From: Deltaproteobacteria bacterium
Lineage (GTDB): Bacteria > Myxococcota_A > UBA9160 > SMWR01
Assembly: GCA_032128115.1 (NCBI GenBank)
Contig: JAQBHB010000031.1
Location: forward strand, 64,001 to 128,000
DNA: 64,000 nt
Reading direction: 5' to 3'
Shown here in pieces: positions 47,694-57,159 of the stretch. The position numbers were made by a program, and so were the translations under genes. The notes under the pieces were generated by a model. That model had not been told where the DNA came from. It saw nothing but the letters and a program-made list of their open reading frames with translations, and did not search any database. Position 1 is the stretch's first letter. Each line of letters begins with the position of its first letter.

Positions 47694-48710
47694 ATGGCGT
47701 CGCTCAAGCTCGGTCTGCAACTTGGTTACTGGGGCGCAAAGCCTCCCGACGACTTCGTAGAGCTGGCCCAGGAAGCGGAGAGTCTGGACTTCGACTCGGT
47801 GTGGACGGCCGAAGCCTGGGGCTCGGACTGCTTCACACCGCTGGCGTGGATCGGCGCCCACACCTCGAAGATCAAGCTGGGCACCTCGGTGGCCCAGCTG
47901 TCGGCGCGCACGCCCACGGCAACGGCCATGGCCGCGCTGACCCTCGACCACCTGAGCCACGGCCGCATGATCCTGGGCCTGGGGGTCTCGGGCCCCCAGG
48001 TGGTAGAGGGCTGGTACGGCCAGCCCTTTTCGAAGCCCCTGGCCCGCACCCGGGAGTACGTCGACATCATCCGCCAGGTGCTGCGGCGCGACGCCCCGGT
48101 GGCGAGCGATGGCCCCCACTATCCCCTGCCGCGCACCGGTGAGGGTTGCTGGGGGCAGGGCAAGCCGTTGCGCTCGATCACGCATCCGCTGCGCGCCGAC
48201 ATTCCCATCTACCTGGGCGCCGAGGGGCCGAAGAACGTGGCGATGGCCGCTGAGATCGCCGACGGCTGGCTGCCGCTCTACTACTCGCCCTACCGTCCGG
48301 AGGTCTACGCCGAGTCGCTGGGCCGCCTCAAACCGGGATTCGAGATCGCGCAGATCGTGACCGTCTCGATTACCGACGACATCTCCGCGGGCCTGATGCC
48401 CATGAAGGCCGCCATCGGCTTCTACATCGGGGGCATGGGCTCGAAGAAGCGCAACTTCCACAAGGAGCTGATGGGCCGCATGGGCTTCGCCGCCGAGGCG
48501 GAGAAGATCCAGGAGCTCTTCATGGAGGGGAAGCGGGGCGAGGCCATCGCCGCCGTGCCCGAGTCGTTCGTCGACGAGATTTCGCTGGTGGGACCCATCG
48601 AGCGCATCCGCGACCGGCTCGAGGCGTGGAAGGAGACTCCCGTCACCACCCTGCTGCTGGGCAACCGCGACAAACAGACGCTCCGCACCATGGCGGAGCT
48701 CGTGCTGTAG
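47694..48710 (+). CDS. LLM-class (F420-dependent) oxidoreductase
   Basis: WTAEAWGSD, ARTPTATAMAALTLDHLSHGR.ILGLGVSGPQVVEGWYG, GAEGPKNV..EIADGW. Confidence 0.92.
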   Translation: MASLKLGLQLGYWGAKPPDDFVELAQEAESLDFDSVWTAEAWGSDCFTPLAWIGAHTSKIKLGTSVAQLSARTPTATAMAALTLDHLSHGRMILGLGVSGPQVVEGWYGQPFSKPLARTREYVDIIRQVLRRDAPVASDGPHYPLPRTGEGCWGQGKPLRSITHPLRADIPIYLGAEGPKNVAMAAEIADGWLPLYYSPYRPEVYAESLGRLKPGFEIAQIVTVSITDDISAGLMPMKAAIGFYIGGMGSKKRNFHKELMGRMGFAAEAEKIQELFMEGKRGEAIAAVPESFVDEISLVGPIERIRDRLEAWKETPVTTLLLGNRDKQTLRTMAELVL

Positions 48711-48760
48711 GTTATTTCACGCTGTAGTCGCGCCCCTCGAGACAGGCGGAGAGGATCCCA

Positions 48761-48797
48761 GAATGACAACGCCCCGCCGGAGCGGGGCGTTGCATTC
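48761..48797. terminator. GC-rich hairpin between convergent genes (probable intrinsic terminator)
   Basis: gaatg-a-caacgccccgc CGGA gcggggcgttg-cattc; 11-bp perfect stem; no strong U-tail. Confidence 0.6.
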
Positions 48798-48800
48798 GAT

Positions 48801-48840
48801 TTCGAGCCTGCGCGAGCCAGCGCGAGCCTGCGCCAGCCAG
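48801..48840. repeat. Degenerate 10-bp tandem repeat x4 (cgcgagccwg)
   Basis: ttcgagcctg cgcgagccag cgcgagcctg cgccagccag. Confidence 0.7.
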
Positions 48841-48849
48841 CGGGAAGGG

Positions 48850-49716
48850 TTACTTCTTCGAGCGACGCCTACCCAGCAGTACCAGACCCGCGCCCCCCGA
48901 AGCGAGCAGCAGGATCAAGCCCGGCTCGGGGATGAATACGAACTTTCCGAGACCGCGAAAGAAGATGTTGTCCGAATTCGGGTTCAGGCTGGTGCGGACC
49001 GCCGACGCGGTCACGACCTGGATCACGCCACCCACCTGAGCCGCCGTGCTGGAGGCCGAGGCCGGACCGTGCACGAAGCCGGTGATGCTGCGCGTAGTCA
49101 GCGCGGCGGTGGGGGGAGGGTTCCGCACATTCGTGGCCTGGGCCACTCCGACGGTCCACGGCGCGCCGAAAACCGAGATTTTCACACCGTTGGCGTTGTT
49201 GAAGGTGTTGACGGTGATGAGGCCACCGAGGCCGGCCCCGGCCGTCCCGTTGATCGTGAACGGGATCGGGAGAGGGCCGATGCAATTGGCAAACAGGACG
49301 CAGAGCTGCGCGTTGCCGGGCACCTTACGCGTGGCGTTGCCGCCGATCGCCGCCGGGGCCCCAGTGATCCCCGTGAACGTCCCCGTACCCAGGCGCGCCG
49401 TCGCGATCAGGGTGACCAGCGACGCGTTATTCGGGTCGGTGAGCGGGGTGGTGACAGCTCCCGAGATCGGGCAGCCGCCGGGGGAGCCCGGGTTGTCGCA
49501 GGCAAGGCGGAAGGTCCCCAGGTGGGTCGCGCCTCCGCCGCCACTGCCCACCGTGGCCACGCCGGTGCCGGTGAAGATCGTGGGCGCCGTCTCACCCAGG
49601 GCCAGGAACGTCGAGCCGGTCCAAATGAGGGTCGAGGCCTGCGCCGAGCCGGCGAGCGCGAACGCGCCGATCAGAATCGCTGTAAAGCCTAATAACTGTC
49701 GTAACTGTCGTCTCAC
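48850..49716 (-). CDS. PEP-CTERM sorting domain-containing surface protein
   Basis: GTG after GGAGG; signal peptide ending AQA; Thr/Gly-rich body; IPEPGLILLLASGGAGLVLLGRRRSKK. Confidence 0.92.
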   Translation of the reverse strand: MRRQLRQLLGFTAILIGAFALAGSAQASTLIWTGSTFLALGETAPTIFTGTGVATVGSGGGGATHLGTFRLACDNPGSPGGCPISGAVTTPLTDPNNASLVTLIATARLGTGTFTGITGAPAAIGGNATRKVPGNAQLCVLFANCIGPLPIPFTINGTAGAGLGGLITVNTFNNANGVKISVFGAPWTVGVAQATNVRNPPPTAALTTRSITGFVHGPASASSTAAQVGGVIQVVTASAVRTSLNPNSDNIFFRGLGKFVFIPEPGLILLLASGGAGLVLLGRRRSKK

Positions 49717-49733
49717 GCTGGTGTCCTCCAGTT

Positions 49734-49769
49734 GCTTGGGAACCCGCTTGGGAACCCGCTTGGGAGCCG
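49734..49769. repeat. 12-bp tandem repeat (GCTTGGGAACCC)x~3 in the 5' UTR of the PEP-CTERM gene
   Basis: gcttgggaaccc gcttgggaaccc gcttgggagccg. Confidence 0.85.
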
Positions 49770-49813
49770 AATGGAGCCCCGCCAACGGGGCACAAGGCTC
49801 CGGCCATGAAAAG

Positions 49814-49829
49814 TGCAATCCATGTGCCC
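49814..49829 (-). promoter_or_regulatory. Sigma54 -24/-12 promoter of the PEP-CTERM gene
   Basis: Minus strand GGGCACATGGATTGCA = GG-N10-GC with GGCAC and TTGCA, about 100 bp upstream of the start. Confidence 0.75.
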
Positions 49830-50004
49830 AGCCGATCTCCCCCCCGGGGGCAATGAAAAGTGCTTTGGTGGCAGTGGGTTATCCAGATAAGGCCAACAGC
49901 CGGCCATGTCGGATAGGAACGACTTTTCCCACAAGTGGGTAACCGCTTTCCATCTTCGGAACCGGCCGGCGTAGACTGGCAGTCGGGGGTTGTCGGAGGG
50001 TTCC

Positions 50005-50571
50005 ATGCCGGACCGATTCCCTGCCTGGCTTTGCTCGATCTCCCTGACCCTGTTCCTGCCTGCCTGCGGATCGCAGACGGAAGTGGGCGAGACGCCCGGG
50101 GTGAAAGCGGTTCCCATCACCGGGATGTACGAGGTCTCGGGGGTGACGGTTACGAAACGCAGCGGCGAGAAGCGCAACCTCGCCGGCAAGATCATCCTGC
50201 TCGAGCAGGACGGGAAGTACACCGCGACCTTTGATCTCGCCACCGAATTCCCCATGGGGGGCGAAGCGTTTCCCGCCGGGGTGATCGGCAAGGGCGAGGG
50301 CCTCATCGAGGGCCGCAAACTCACGGGCACGGCGGAAACCCAGCTGGTGGTAGCCACGGTGCCCGGGGTCGACACGGCTTTCGCCTACCTGCCGCGCCAG
50401 GTAAGCACGCGCATCCTGTCGACCTCCACCACCACGATTGCGGCCGACGGCACGGTCGAGATCGAGATCGAGAACCAGCCGGCCGCCGGTGAGGAGTACG
50501 CTCCCACGCGCACCACCCTGCACGGCTCGCGCATCTCGGACGTGGCCGTCGCCCCGCCGGATTCCGACTGA
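50005..50571 (+). CDS. Lipoprotein of unknown function (beta-rich)
   Basis: ATG after GGAGG; LFLPAC lipobox-like; alternating beta-strand pattern. Confidence 0.7.
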   Translation: MPDRFPAWLCSISLTLFLPACGSQTEVGETPGVKAVPITGMYEVSGVTVTKRSGEKRNLAGKIILLEQDGKYTATFDLATEFPMGGEAFPAGVIGKGEGLIEGRKLTGTAETQLVVATVPGVDTAFAYLPRQVSTRILSTSTTTIAADGTVEIEIENQPAAGEEYAPTRTTLHGSRISDVAVAPPDSD

Positions 50572-50613
50572 TGGACATTCCGACTGATGAACTGATGGAC
50601 TGAAGGACTGATG
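50566..50613. repeat. 8-bp tandem repeat (GACTGATG-like)x6
   Basis: gactgatg gacattcc gactgatg aactgatg gactgaag gactgatg, between convergent stops. Confidence 0.8.
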
Positions 50614-50629
50614 AGCGGGGAGCCGGGGG

Positions 50630-52096
50630 CTAGGGCGCTTCCAGGTAGCCGAGTTCCTGGAGGCGCTGCGTCGACTCGGCGTCGAGTCCGCCGAAGGCGG
50701 GCCGCGTGCCGCGGCGGGCCGCGTCCGGTAGCGGCGGGTCGCCGCCCGCGTGCTCCACATACACGTCGAGCAACGACTGCAGACGCTCTTGCTCGCCCTT
50801 CCACTCCGGATCGCCCGCCAGATTCCGCTGCTCGCCGGGATCCGCTGACAGGTCGTACAGCTCACGGGATCCGGCCGACGAGCTGATGAGCCGAAGATCG
50901 CCCGCCTGCACCGAGCGCAGACGCTGGAGATACGGCGCGAGCGGGGCGCCAGGAGCAGCGTAAGCCCGCTCTGGAAACGGACCCAACGCCTGGAACGGGT
51001 AATAGTATTCGGCGAACATGGGCGTTTCGTCGCGCCCGTCGCCGAGGTTCAGCAGGTCGCGGCCATGCGCGGCGGCCGCCGCCGGGGCGATGCCCGCCCT
51101 CGCCAGGATCGTGGTGAACACGTCCAACAGACCCACGGTCTCGTCACGCACTTCACCTGCGCGGGCACCGTCGGGCGGTACCAGGATCAGGGGGATCCGC
51201 ACGCTGGTGTCGTAGAGGTTGAACACGTGACGGAAGTGACCATGCTCTCCGATGTTCTCGCCGTGGTCCGACATGACTACGAGCAGCGTGTCGTCGAGGC
51301 GACCCGAACCTTCGAGGGCATCCACGAGCCCCCCAAGCAATTCGTCGACCCGGGCCACCTCGCCGTCGTAGAGATCGTTCAGCACCGCGAACTCGGCTGC
51401 CGGGATGGTCGAGCGGTCCATGTAGTACCCCACGGCGCCACGCTGCAGGGCGGACGCGAGCAGGGCGGGATCCGTGCCCGCAGCCAGGAAGCGCGACCGG
51501 TGGGGCTCGGGCGGCTGGTAGGGACCGTGAGCCTCCACATAGTTCACGAAAACGAAGAAGGGGCGATCGGGGGGCAGCGCGTCGAGAAACGCCATCACCG
51601 CCCGCGCATTCGGATGGCGCTCGGGTGCGGGGTGGCCGTGCGCTCCGCCCCCGCGCCAGCTGTCGACGAAGACGTCGAAGCCGCGATCGAGACCCGTACT
51701 CGCACTCACCAGCGGGTTGGCCGACGCGGCGAAGGTGGCATAGCCGTGCGCACCCAGGATGTCGGCCAGGGTCGAAGCGCCCCCCGAGAGCCGGGTGTTC
51801 TCCTGGGTGGCGCCGTGCTCGATGGGGGAGAGGCCCGTGAAGAGCGAGGCGTGGGCGGGAAGCGTCCAGCTCGACGTGGAGAACGCGTTCGCGAAGCGGA
51901 TGCCCCGTTCGCACAGGGCATCCATGCGAGGGGTGGTGGGCCGGGAGTAGCCGTAGCAGCCCACGCGATCCGCGCGCAGGGTGTCGAGCACCACCAGCAC
52001 CACGTTGGTCGGTGGCGCAGCCCGGGGGCCGCACGCGGGCGCGGCGGCAGCAGCGGCGATCGCCATCAGGAGTCGAATGCGCCTGCCGCCGGACAT
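50630..52096 (-). CDS. Sulfatase-like (alkaline phosphatase superfamily) lipoprotein
   Basis: NVVLVVLDTLRAD, SSWTLPAHASLFTG, EAHGPY, YDGEV, SDHGE, ELYDLSADPGEQRNL, LQELGYL. Confidence 0.88.
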   Translation of the reverse strand: MSGGRRIRLLMAIAAAAAAPACGPRAAPPTNVVLVVLDTLRADRVGCYGYSRPTTPRMDALCERGIRFANAFSTSSWTLPAHASLFTGLSPIEHGATQENTRLSGGASTLADILGAHGYATFAASANPLVSASTGLDRGFDVFVDSWRGGGAHGHPAPERHPNARAVMAFLDALPPDRPFFVFVNYVEAHGPYQPPEPHRSRFLAAGTDPALLASALQRGAVGYYMDRSTIPAAEFAVLNDLYDGEVARVDELLGGLVDALEGSGRLDDTLLVVMSDHGENIGEHGHFRHVFNLYDTSVRIPLILVPPDGARAGEVRDETVGLLDVFTTILARAGIAPAAAAAHGRDLLNLGDGRDETPMFAEYYYPFQALGPFPERAYAAPGAPLAPYLQRLRSVQAGDLRLISSSAGSRELYDLSADPGEQRNLAGDPEWKGEQERLQSLLDVYVEHAGGDPPLPDAARRGTRPAFGGLDAESTQRLQELGYLEAP

Positions 52097-52125
52097 GCCG
52101 GCAATGCTAGCGCGCGGGACGTCGC

Positions 52126-55100
52126 CTACGGCGCAACGTGCTGCTCGCGTGCCGCGCCCAGGGCGCGCCGGATCGCTCCGGGAACGCGAGACAGCCAATC
52201 GACGAAGTCGTCGAGCACCAGATAGAACACCGGAACCACCAGCAGGGTGAGCAGGGTCGACGAGAACATTCCCGCGGCCACGGCCACGGCCATGGGTGCC
52301 CGGGTCTCCGCGCCCGGGCCCACACCCATGGCGGCGGGCAACACGCCGAAGATCATCGAGAGCGCCGTCATCAGCACCGGGCGCATGCGCACCGGGGCCG
52401 CCGTGCGCATGGCTTCGAACTTGTCCATTCCCTCGGACCTCAGCTGGTTGGCGTAGTCCACCAGCAGGATCGAGTTCTTCGTCACCAGCCCCATGAGCAG
52501 CACGATCCCGATCAGGCTGAACAGGTTGAGGGTCATCCCGAATACCATGAGCGCACTCAGGGCTCCCACCATGGCCAACGGCAACGCCAGCATCACCGTG
52601 AGCGGGTGCACCAGGCTCTCGAACTGGGCGGCGAGCACCATGTAGATCACCAGGATGGCCAGGCCCAGCGCCAGGCCGAAATCGGCCATGCCCTCGCGGA
52701 AGGCCTCGGCTTCTCCCGAGAGCTCGAGACTCACGCCTTCGGGAAGGATGCTCGCCCTCAGTTCCGTGATCTCATCGATGGCGGCGTCCAGGTTCTTGCC
52801 CTCGAGGCCCGCGCTCACGCGCACGCTTCGCTGGCGATCGGTTCGCGTGATGGCGGACGGCGCCGCTCCCGTTTCGATCTGGATCAGGTTGCGAAGCTCC
52901 ACCACCTGTCCATCGTTGGCGCGCACGTAGAGCTGGCCGATCGAGTTCGGATCGCGGCGGTCGGCCTCGGCCAGGCGCACGCGGATGTCGTAGCGCTGGC
53001 CGCCTTCCTTGTACGTCCCCACGTCGAGACCCCCGATCATGGCCTGGACGGTGGTAGCCAGGGTGCGCGCGTCAACGCCCAGGGCCGCCGCTTTCTCGCG
53101 ATCGGGCAGCACCCGCACCTGGGGCAGGCCCAGACGCAGGCTCTTCTGGATGTCCACGTAGCCGCCCCGTTCGTCCATCCCCTGGACGAAAGCGTCGGCG
53201 TAGGCGTCCAGCTGCGCCAGCTCCACGTTGCCGCGGATTTCGAAAGCGAAATCGCCCTCGCTCACGTTCATCATGTTCGAGAGGTCGAAGACCTGGATCT
53301 CCTGGCCCGGGATCTGCTTGAGCGCCTTGCGGGCCAGAGGCACCAGCTCCTGGGTGGTGCGCTCGCGATCGCGTTTGCTCTTCAGGATCGCGAACATGAT
53401 GCCCTGGCTCGGGTCCCCCTTCGTCCGGTGTCGCCCGACGCCGGCACCCGCGAACAGCCCTGCCACCTCCGGCTGTTCCAGCACCCATTTCTCGTTCTGC
53501 TGCAGATATTCGAGGGTGGTTTCCAGCGGGGTACCCGGCGGCGTCTCGAAGCGCGTGAAGAACATGCCGTTGTCCGACGGCGGGAAGAACTCGCCGCCCA
53601 GGCCGCCGCTCATGGCGAAGGCCAGGGTCACCGCGAGACTGAGCGCTGCGCCCCCGAGGGTGAGTGCGCGGTGGCGAAGAGCCAGGTCCAGCAGGTTGCG
53701 GTAGCCCCATTCGAGGGCGAGGAAAGCCCGCTCCAGACGCTGGTAGATGCTGCCGTGGGCCCGCTCCCTGGGGGCTGGCATGCGCGCAGCCAGCATGGGC
53801 GTCAGCGTCAGCGCCACCACCAGCGAGATCATCACGGCCGTGCCCACGCTCACCCCGAACTCTCCCAGGAAGCTGCCCACGATTCCGCGCACGAAGACCA
53901 CCGGGAGGAACACCACGGCGATGGAGACGGTTGCCGCCGTGGCGGCGAACGCGATCTCGCGTGTACCGCGCGATGCCGCCACCTCGGGCGACTCCCCCTG
54001 CTCGCGGTGGCGCTCGATGTTCTCGAGCACCACGATGGCGTCGTCGATCACCACCCCCACCGCCAGCGCCAGCGCCAGCAGGGTCATGGTGTTGAGCGTG
54101 TAATCCATGAGCCACATGACGCCGAAGGTGGCGATCAGCGAGATCGGGATCGCCACGGCCACGATCAGGGTGGGGCGCGTGCGGCGCAGGAACACGAAGA
54201 CCGTGAGGACGGCGAGCAAGGCGCCGAAGAACAGGGCGAACAGGGTTTCGTCCACGGCCTCACGGATGGCCTTCGAAAAGTCGGCGGCGCCCTCCTTCTC
54301 GACGAAGCTGATTCCAGCCGGCAGGTTGGGCTCCATGGCCTCCATGCGCCGATAGACTTCGTCGACCACCGCCACCGTGTTGGCGCCGGACTGCTTGCGG
54401 ACTCCGATCCCGACCGTGGGTTTGCCGTTGAACTGGGCCAGGGTGGAGGGGTCTTCGGCCCCATCCTCCACGCGCGCTATGTCCGACAGGCGCACGACCG
54501 CACCGTCCGACCACGCCACCACCAGCCCGCGCAGCTCCTCGACGGACCGGAACTCCGCGTCGGTCTTGACCGTGTACTCGATGCGCGAGCTCTCGACCTT
54601 GCCGCCGGGCACTTCGACGTGCTCGCGACCGATGGCGTCGAGCACGTCGGTCGCTGCCAGTCCGCGCGCGCGCATCTGCTCACCATCGAGCCAGATGCGA
54701 ATGGCGCGATCGCGGCGACCGAAGAGCACGATGGACGCCACACCGGGAACCGTCTCCAGCTTGGGCTTTACGTGGTGACGGATGAATTCGCTCACCTCCA
54801 CCATGGGCTGGTCGGAGTGGATGGGCATCCAGAGCACCGGCTCGTCGCCCATGTCCTCCTTGGAGACCACCGGCGGTTCCACGTCCGGAGGCAGATCGTT
54901 GCGAGCGCTCGCCACCTTGTCGCGCACATCCTGGGTCGCCGAGTCGATGTCGCGGTTGAGCTCGAACTCCACGGTGATGGTGGCCGAACCGTGGGAGGTG
55001 GTGCTCTCCAGCCGGCGCACCCCGGCGATGGTATTCAGGTGCTCCTCCAGAACGTCGGTGACGTCCTGCTCGACCACCTCGGGGCTGGCTCCTTCCAGGC

Positions 55101-55248
55101 TGGCCATCACCGTGACCACCGGAAAGTCCATGTTGGGAAACTGGTCGACGCCGAGTCGTTTGTATCCCAGCAGGCCGAAAACCAGCAGCGAGAGCGTGAG
55201 CATCAGCGTCAGGATCGGACGCCGGATGAAGAGATCGACCGGGTTCAT
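52126..55248 (-). CDS. RND efflux permease (AcrB/AcrD/AcrF family)
   Basis: FIRRP, GVVIDDAIVVLENIERH, LAAQFES..HP, GLVTKNSILLVD, RMRPVLMT. Confidence 0.95.
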   Translation of the reverse strand: MNPVDLFIRRPILTLMLTLSLLVFGLLGYKRLGVDQFPNMDFPVVTVMASLEGASPEVVEQDVTDVLEEHLNTIAGVRRLESTTSHGSATITVEFELNRDIDSATQDVRDKVASARNDLPPDVEPPVVSKEDMGDEPVLWMPIHSDQPMVEVSEFIRHHVKPKLETVPGVASIVLFGRRDRAIRIWLDGEQMRARGLAATDVLDAIGREHVEVPGGKVESSRIEYTVKTDAEFRSVEELRGLVVAWSDGAVVRLSDIARVEDGAEDPSTLAQFNGKPTVGIGVRKQSGANTVAVVDEVYRRMEAMEPNLPAGISFVEKEGAADFSKAIREAVDETLFALFFGALLAVLTVFVFLRRTRPTLIVAVAIPISLIATFGVMWLMDYTLNTMTLLALALAVGVVIDDAIVVLENIERHREQGESPEVAASRGTREIAFAATAATVSIAVVFLPVVFVRGIVGSFLGEFGVSVGTAVMISLVVALTLTPMLAARMPAPRERAHGSIYQRLERAFLALEWGYRNLLDLALRHRALTLGGAALSLAVTLAFAMSGGLGGEFFPPSDNGMFFTRFETPPGTPLETTLEYLQQNEKWVLEQPEVAGLFAGAGVGRHRTKGDPSQGIMFAILKSKRDRERTTQELVPLARKALKQIPGQEIQVFDLSNMMNVSEGDFAFEIRGNVELAQLDAYADAFVQGMDERGGYVDIQKSLRLGLPQVRVLPDREKAAALGVDARTLATTVQAMIGGLDVGTYKEGGQRYDIRVRLAEADRRDPNSIGQLYVRANDGQVVELRNLIQIETGAAPSAITRTDRQRSVRVSAGLEGKNLDAAIDEITELRASILPEGVSLELSGEAEAFREGMADFGLALGLAILVIYMVLAAQFESLVHPLTVMLALPLAMVGALSALMVFGMTLNLFSLIGIVLLMGLVTKNSILLVDYANQLRSEGMDKFEAMRTAAPVRMRPVLMTALSMIFGVLPAAMGVGPGAETRAPMAVAVAAGMFSSTLLTLLVVPVFYLVLDDFVDWLSRVPGAIRRALGAAREQHVAP

Positions 55249-56360
55249 CGCTCATTCCGGAGCGCCACCGGGGGCATGGGCGCCTCGATCAGGGTTCCGT
55301 CGGGCTGTCGCAGCATCACTCGATCGCCGTCGCTGAGCGTGCTCTGGCCGCGCGAGACGATCAGGTCACCGGGCTCGAGGCCCTCGGTCACCTCGACGCT
55401 GCCTTCCTGGTAGGCGCCGGTCTGGATCACGACGCGCTCGACCCGGCTGTCGTCCGCCAGGCGGAACACGACGGCACCGTCGCCCCGCTGCAGCACCGCC
55501 TCCTCGGGAATCATGGCAACGCCACGACGCGTGGAGAGGCCCACCTCGACCCGGGCGAACAGGCCGGGCCGCAGCAACCGCTCCGCGTTGCCCAGTTCGG
55601 CGCGAATGCGCAGCGTGCGCGTGCGCGAGTCGATCGTGGGTGATACGGCCGTGACCACTGCGGGAAACACCCGATCGGGATGGGGTGCCACCCGGATCCC
55701 CACCTGTTGGCCGCGCTCCACCCGCGCCGAGTCCACCTCGGGCAGGTGGAACTCCACCTGGATGGGATCCAGCGCCACCAGTTCGAAGAGCGGGGTTCCC
55801 TCGCTCACAAACTGGCCCCGCCCCACCATGCGCTGCGCGATGAAGCCCGAGAAGGGCGCCATCACCTGGGCGTCGCGCAGCTCGCGCTCGGCCACGCCGA
55901 GATCGGCCTGTGCAGCCAGCTGTCGCGACCGCGTGCGCTCGAGCGCGGTATTCGCCTGATCCAGCTGCGTCTCCGAGGCCACGCCGCGCTGGTGCAGCTC
56001 GGCGATGCGCTTGTATTCGCGCTCCTTGTCCCTGGTGGACAACGCGGCTTCGTCCGCTCCGGCCCGAACCCGATCGAGTTCCAGACGGCGGCGTTCGGGA
56101 TCGATCAGCATCACCACGTCGCCGGCCAGGGCTTCCTGACTCTCGTCAAGCAGGATCTCGGTGATCCGCCCGCCCACCTCGGCGGAGATCGGGGCGCGCT
56201 CCAAGGCGATCAGCTCTCCGGTGGCCTCGATGTGATCCACCAGGTCCACCCGGCGCACCGTCTCGAGGGACACCGGGTGCCCGGTCGCAGACTCTTCTTC
56301 GGCGGCAGGCGAGCAGGCCACGCACATCGCGAGTCCCAGCAGCAGTGCCTTCATCCTCAT
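55245..56360 (-). CDS. RND efflux periplasmic adaptor (membrane fusion protein)
   Basis: CVAC lipobox; AEVGGRI, APFSG, LLRPGLFARV, GLEPGD.IV..G. Confidence 0.92.
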   Translation of the reverse strand: MRMKALLLGLAMCVACSPAAEEESATGHPVSLETVRRVDLVDHIEATGELIALERAPISAEVGGRITEILLDESQEALAGDVVMLIDPERRRLELDRVRAGADEAALSTRDKEREYKRIAELHQRGVASETQLDQANTALERTRSRQLAAQADLGVAERELRDAQVMAPFSGFIAQRMVGRGQFVSEGTPLFELVALDPIQVEFHLPEVDSARVERGQQVGIRVAPHPDRVFPAVVTAVSPTIDSRTRTLRIRAELGNAERLLRPGLFARVEVGLSTRRGVAMIPEEAVLQRGDGAVVFRLADDSRVERVVIQTGAYQEGSVEVTEGLEPGDLIVSRGQSTLSDGDRVMLRQPDGTLIEAPMPPVALRNER

Positions 56361-57013
56361 GATCCCAGCCTCTCTTTGCGCCGGCGCGATCCGCCGTTCT
56401 CGCGCGGAGCACTCGATAGAAGCCCGGTCATCAGGGAGTCGAGCGACGTATCGAGGAGCGTCTTCGACCAGCCCTCGTTGGGGCGCGCGGTCTGCATGGA
56501 GATCACGCCGTGAAGCAGCACCCACAGGCACTGCTTGGTTTCTTCCACACCGTGCGCGCCCAGGCGCCCCGCCTCGGCCAGGCTCACGATGGGCGCCTCG
56601 AAGAACTCGCGGGCCTCTTCGGCGGCGGCCGGCGGCGGCGAATCTTCGGGCCGCGGAACGGTGAGCAACTGGTAGTGGATGGGATTCTGCAGGCCGAATT
56701 CGACGAAGGCCTTCGCCATCGCCTTCAGGGTGGCCACCGGGTCGTCTTCCCGGCGCACATGCCGCAGCCGGGCCAGCAACCGCCGCAGGCGCTCATCCAC
56801 CAGGGCGTCGATCACACCCAGCTTGTCGCCGAAATGGTGGTAGATCGTGGGCGACGTGTAGCCGCAGCGGTCGGCCAGGCGGCGCATGGTGAAGGCCTCG
56901 TAGCCATCCTCCAACAGCAGGGCCTCGCTGGCGTCCAGGATGGCGCGCTGGGCCTCCTCCCGATGCTGGAGGCGCCGGCGCTCAGCCGGGGTTCCGGTCA
57001 ACTCCGGGGCCAT
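56357..57013 (-). CDS. TetR/AcrR family regulator (WHG-type C-terminus)
   Basis: ILDASEALL..GYEAFTMRRLADRCGYTSPTIYHHFGDK; LWVLLHG. Confidence 0.93.
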   Translation of the reverse strand: MAPELTGTPAERRRLQHREEAQRAILDASEALLLEDGYEAFTMRRLADRCGYTSPTIYHHFGDKLGVIDALVDERLRRLLARLRHVRREDDPVATLKAMAKAFVEFGLQNPIHYQLLTVPRPEDSPPPAAAEEAREFFEAPIVSLAEAGRLGAHGVEETKQCLWVLLHGVISMQTARPNEGWSKTLLDTSLDSLMTGLLSSAPRENGGSRRRKERLGS

Positions 57014-57054
57014 GAGAACCTCGCTGCGGCCGGACGGCTGCGGGCCGGCTGGCA

Positions 57055-57103
57055 GAACACTGTGATGGTCATATAACGACGTTAGAGCACCATAACAGCG
57101 TTC
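57055..57103. promoter_or_regulatory. Three palindromic TAAC-N3-GTTA-like boxes at 19-bp spacing (probable TetR operator)
   Basis: gaacactgtga (57055), taacgacgtta (57074), taacagcgttc (57093). Confidence 0.65.
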
Positions 57104-57159
57104 GCTAGATCCGGGAGCGGCACGGAGGCGATTGGGGGGCGCTGCTATCCTGCGCGCCC

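Noticed and set aside
50566..50613. CRISPR-like array
   Set aside because: Units are 8 bp with no spacers, and no cas genes are present
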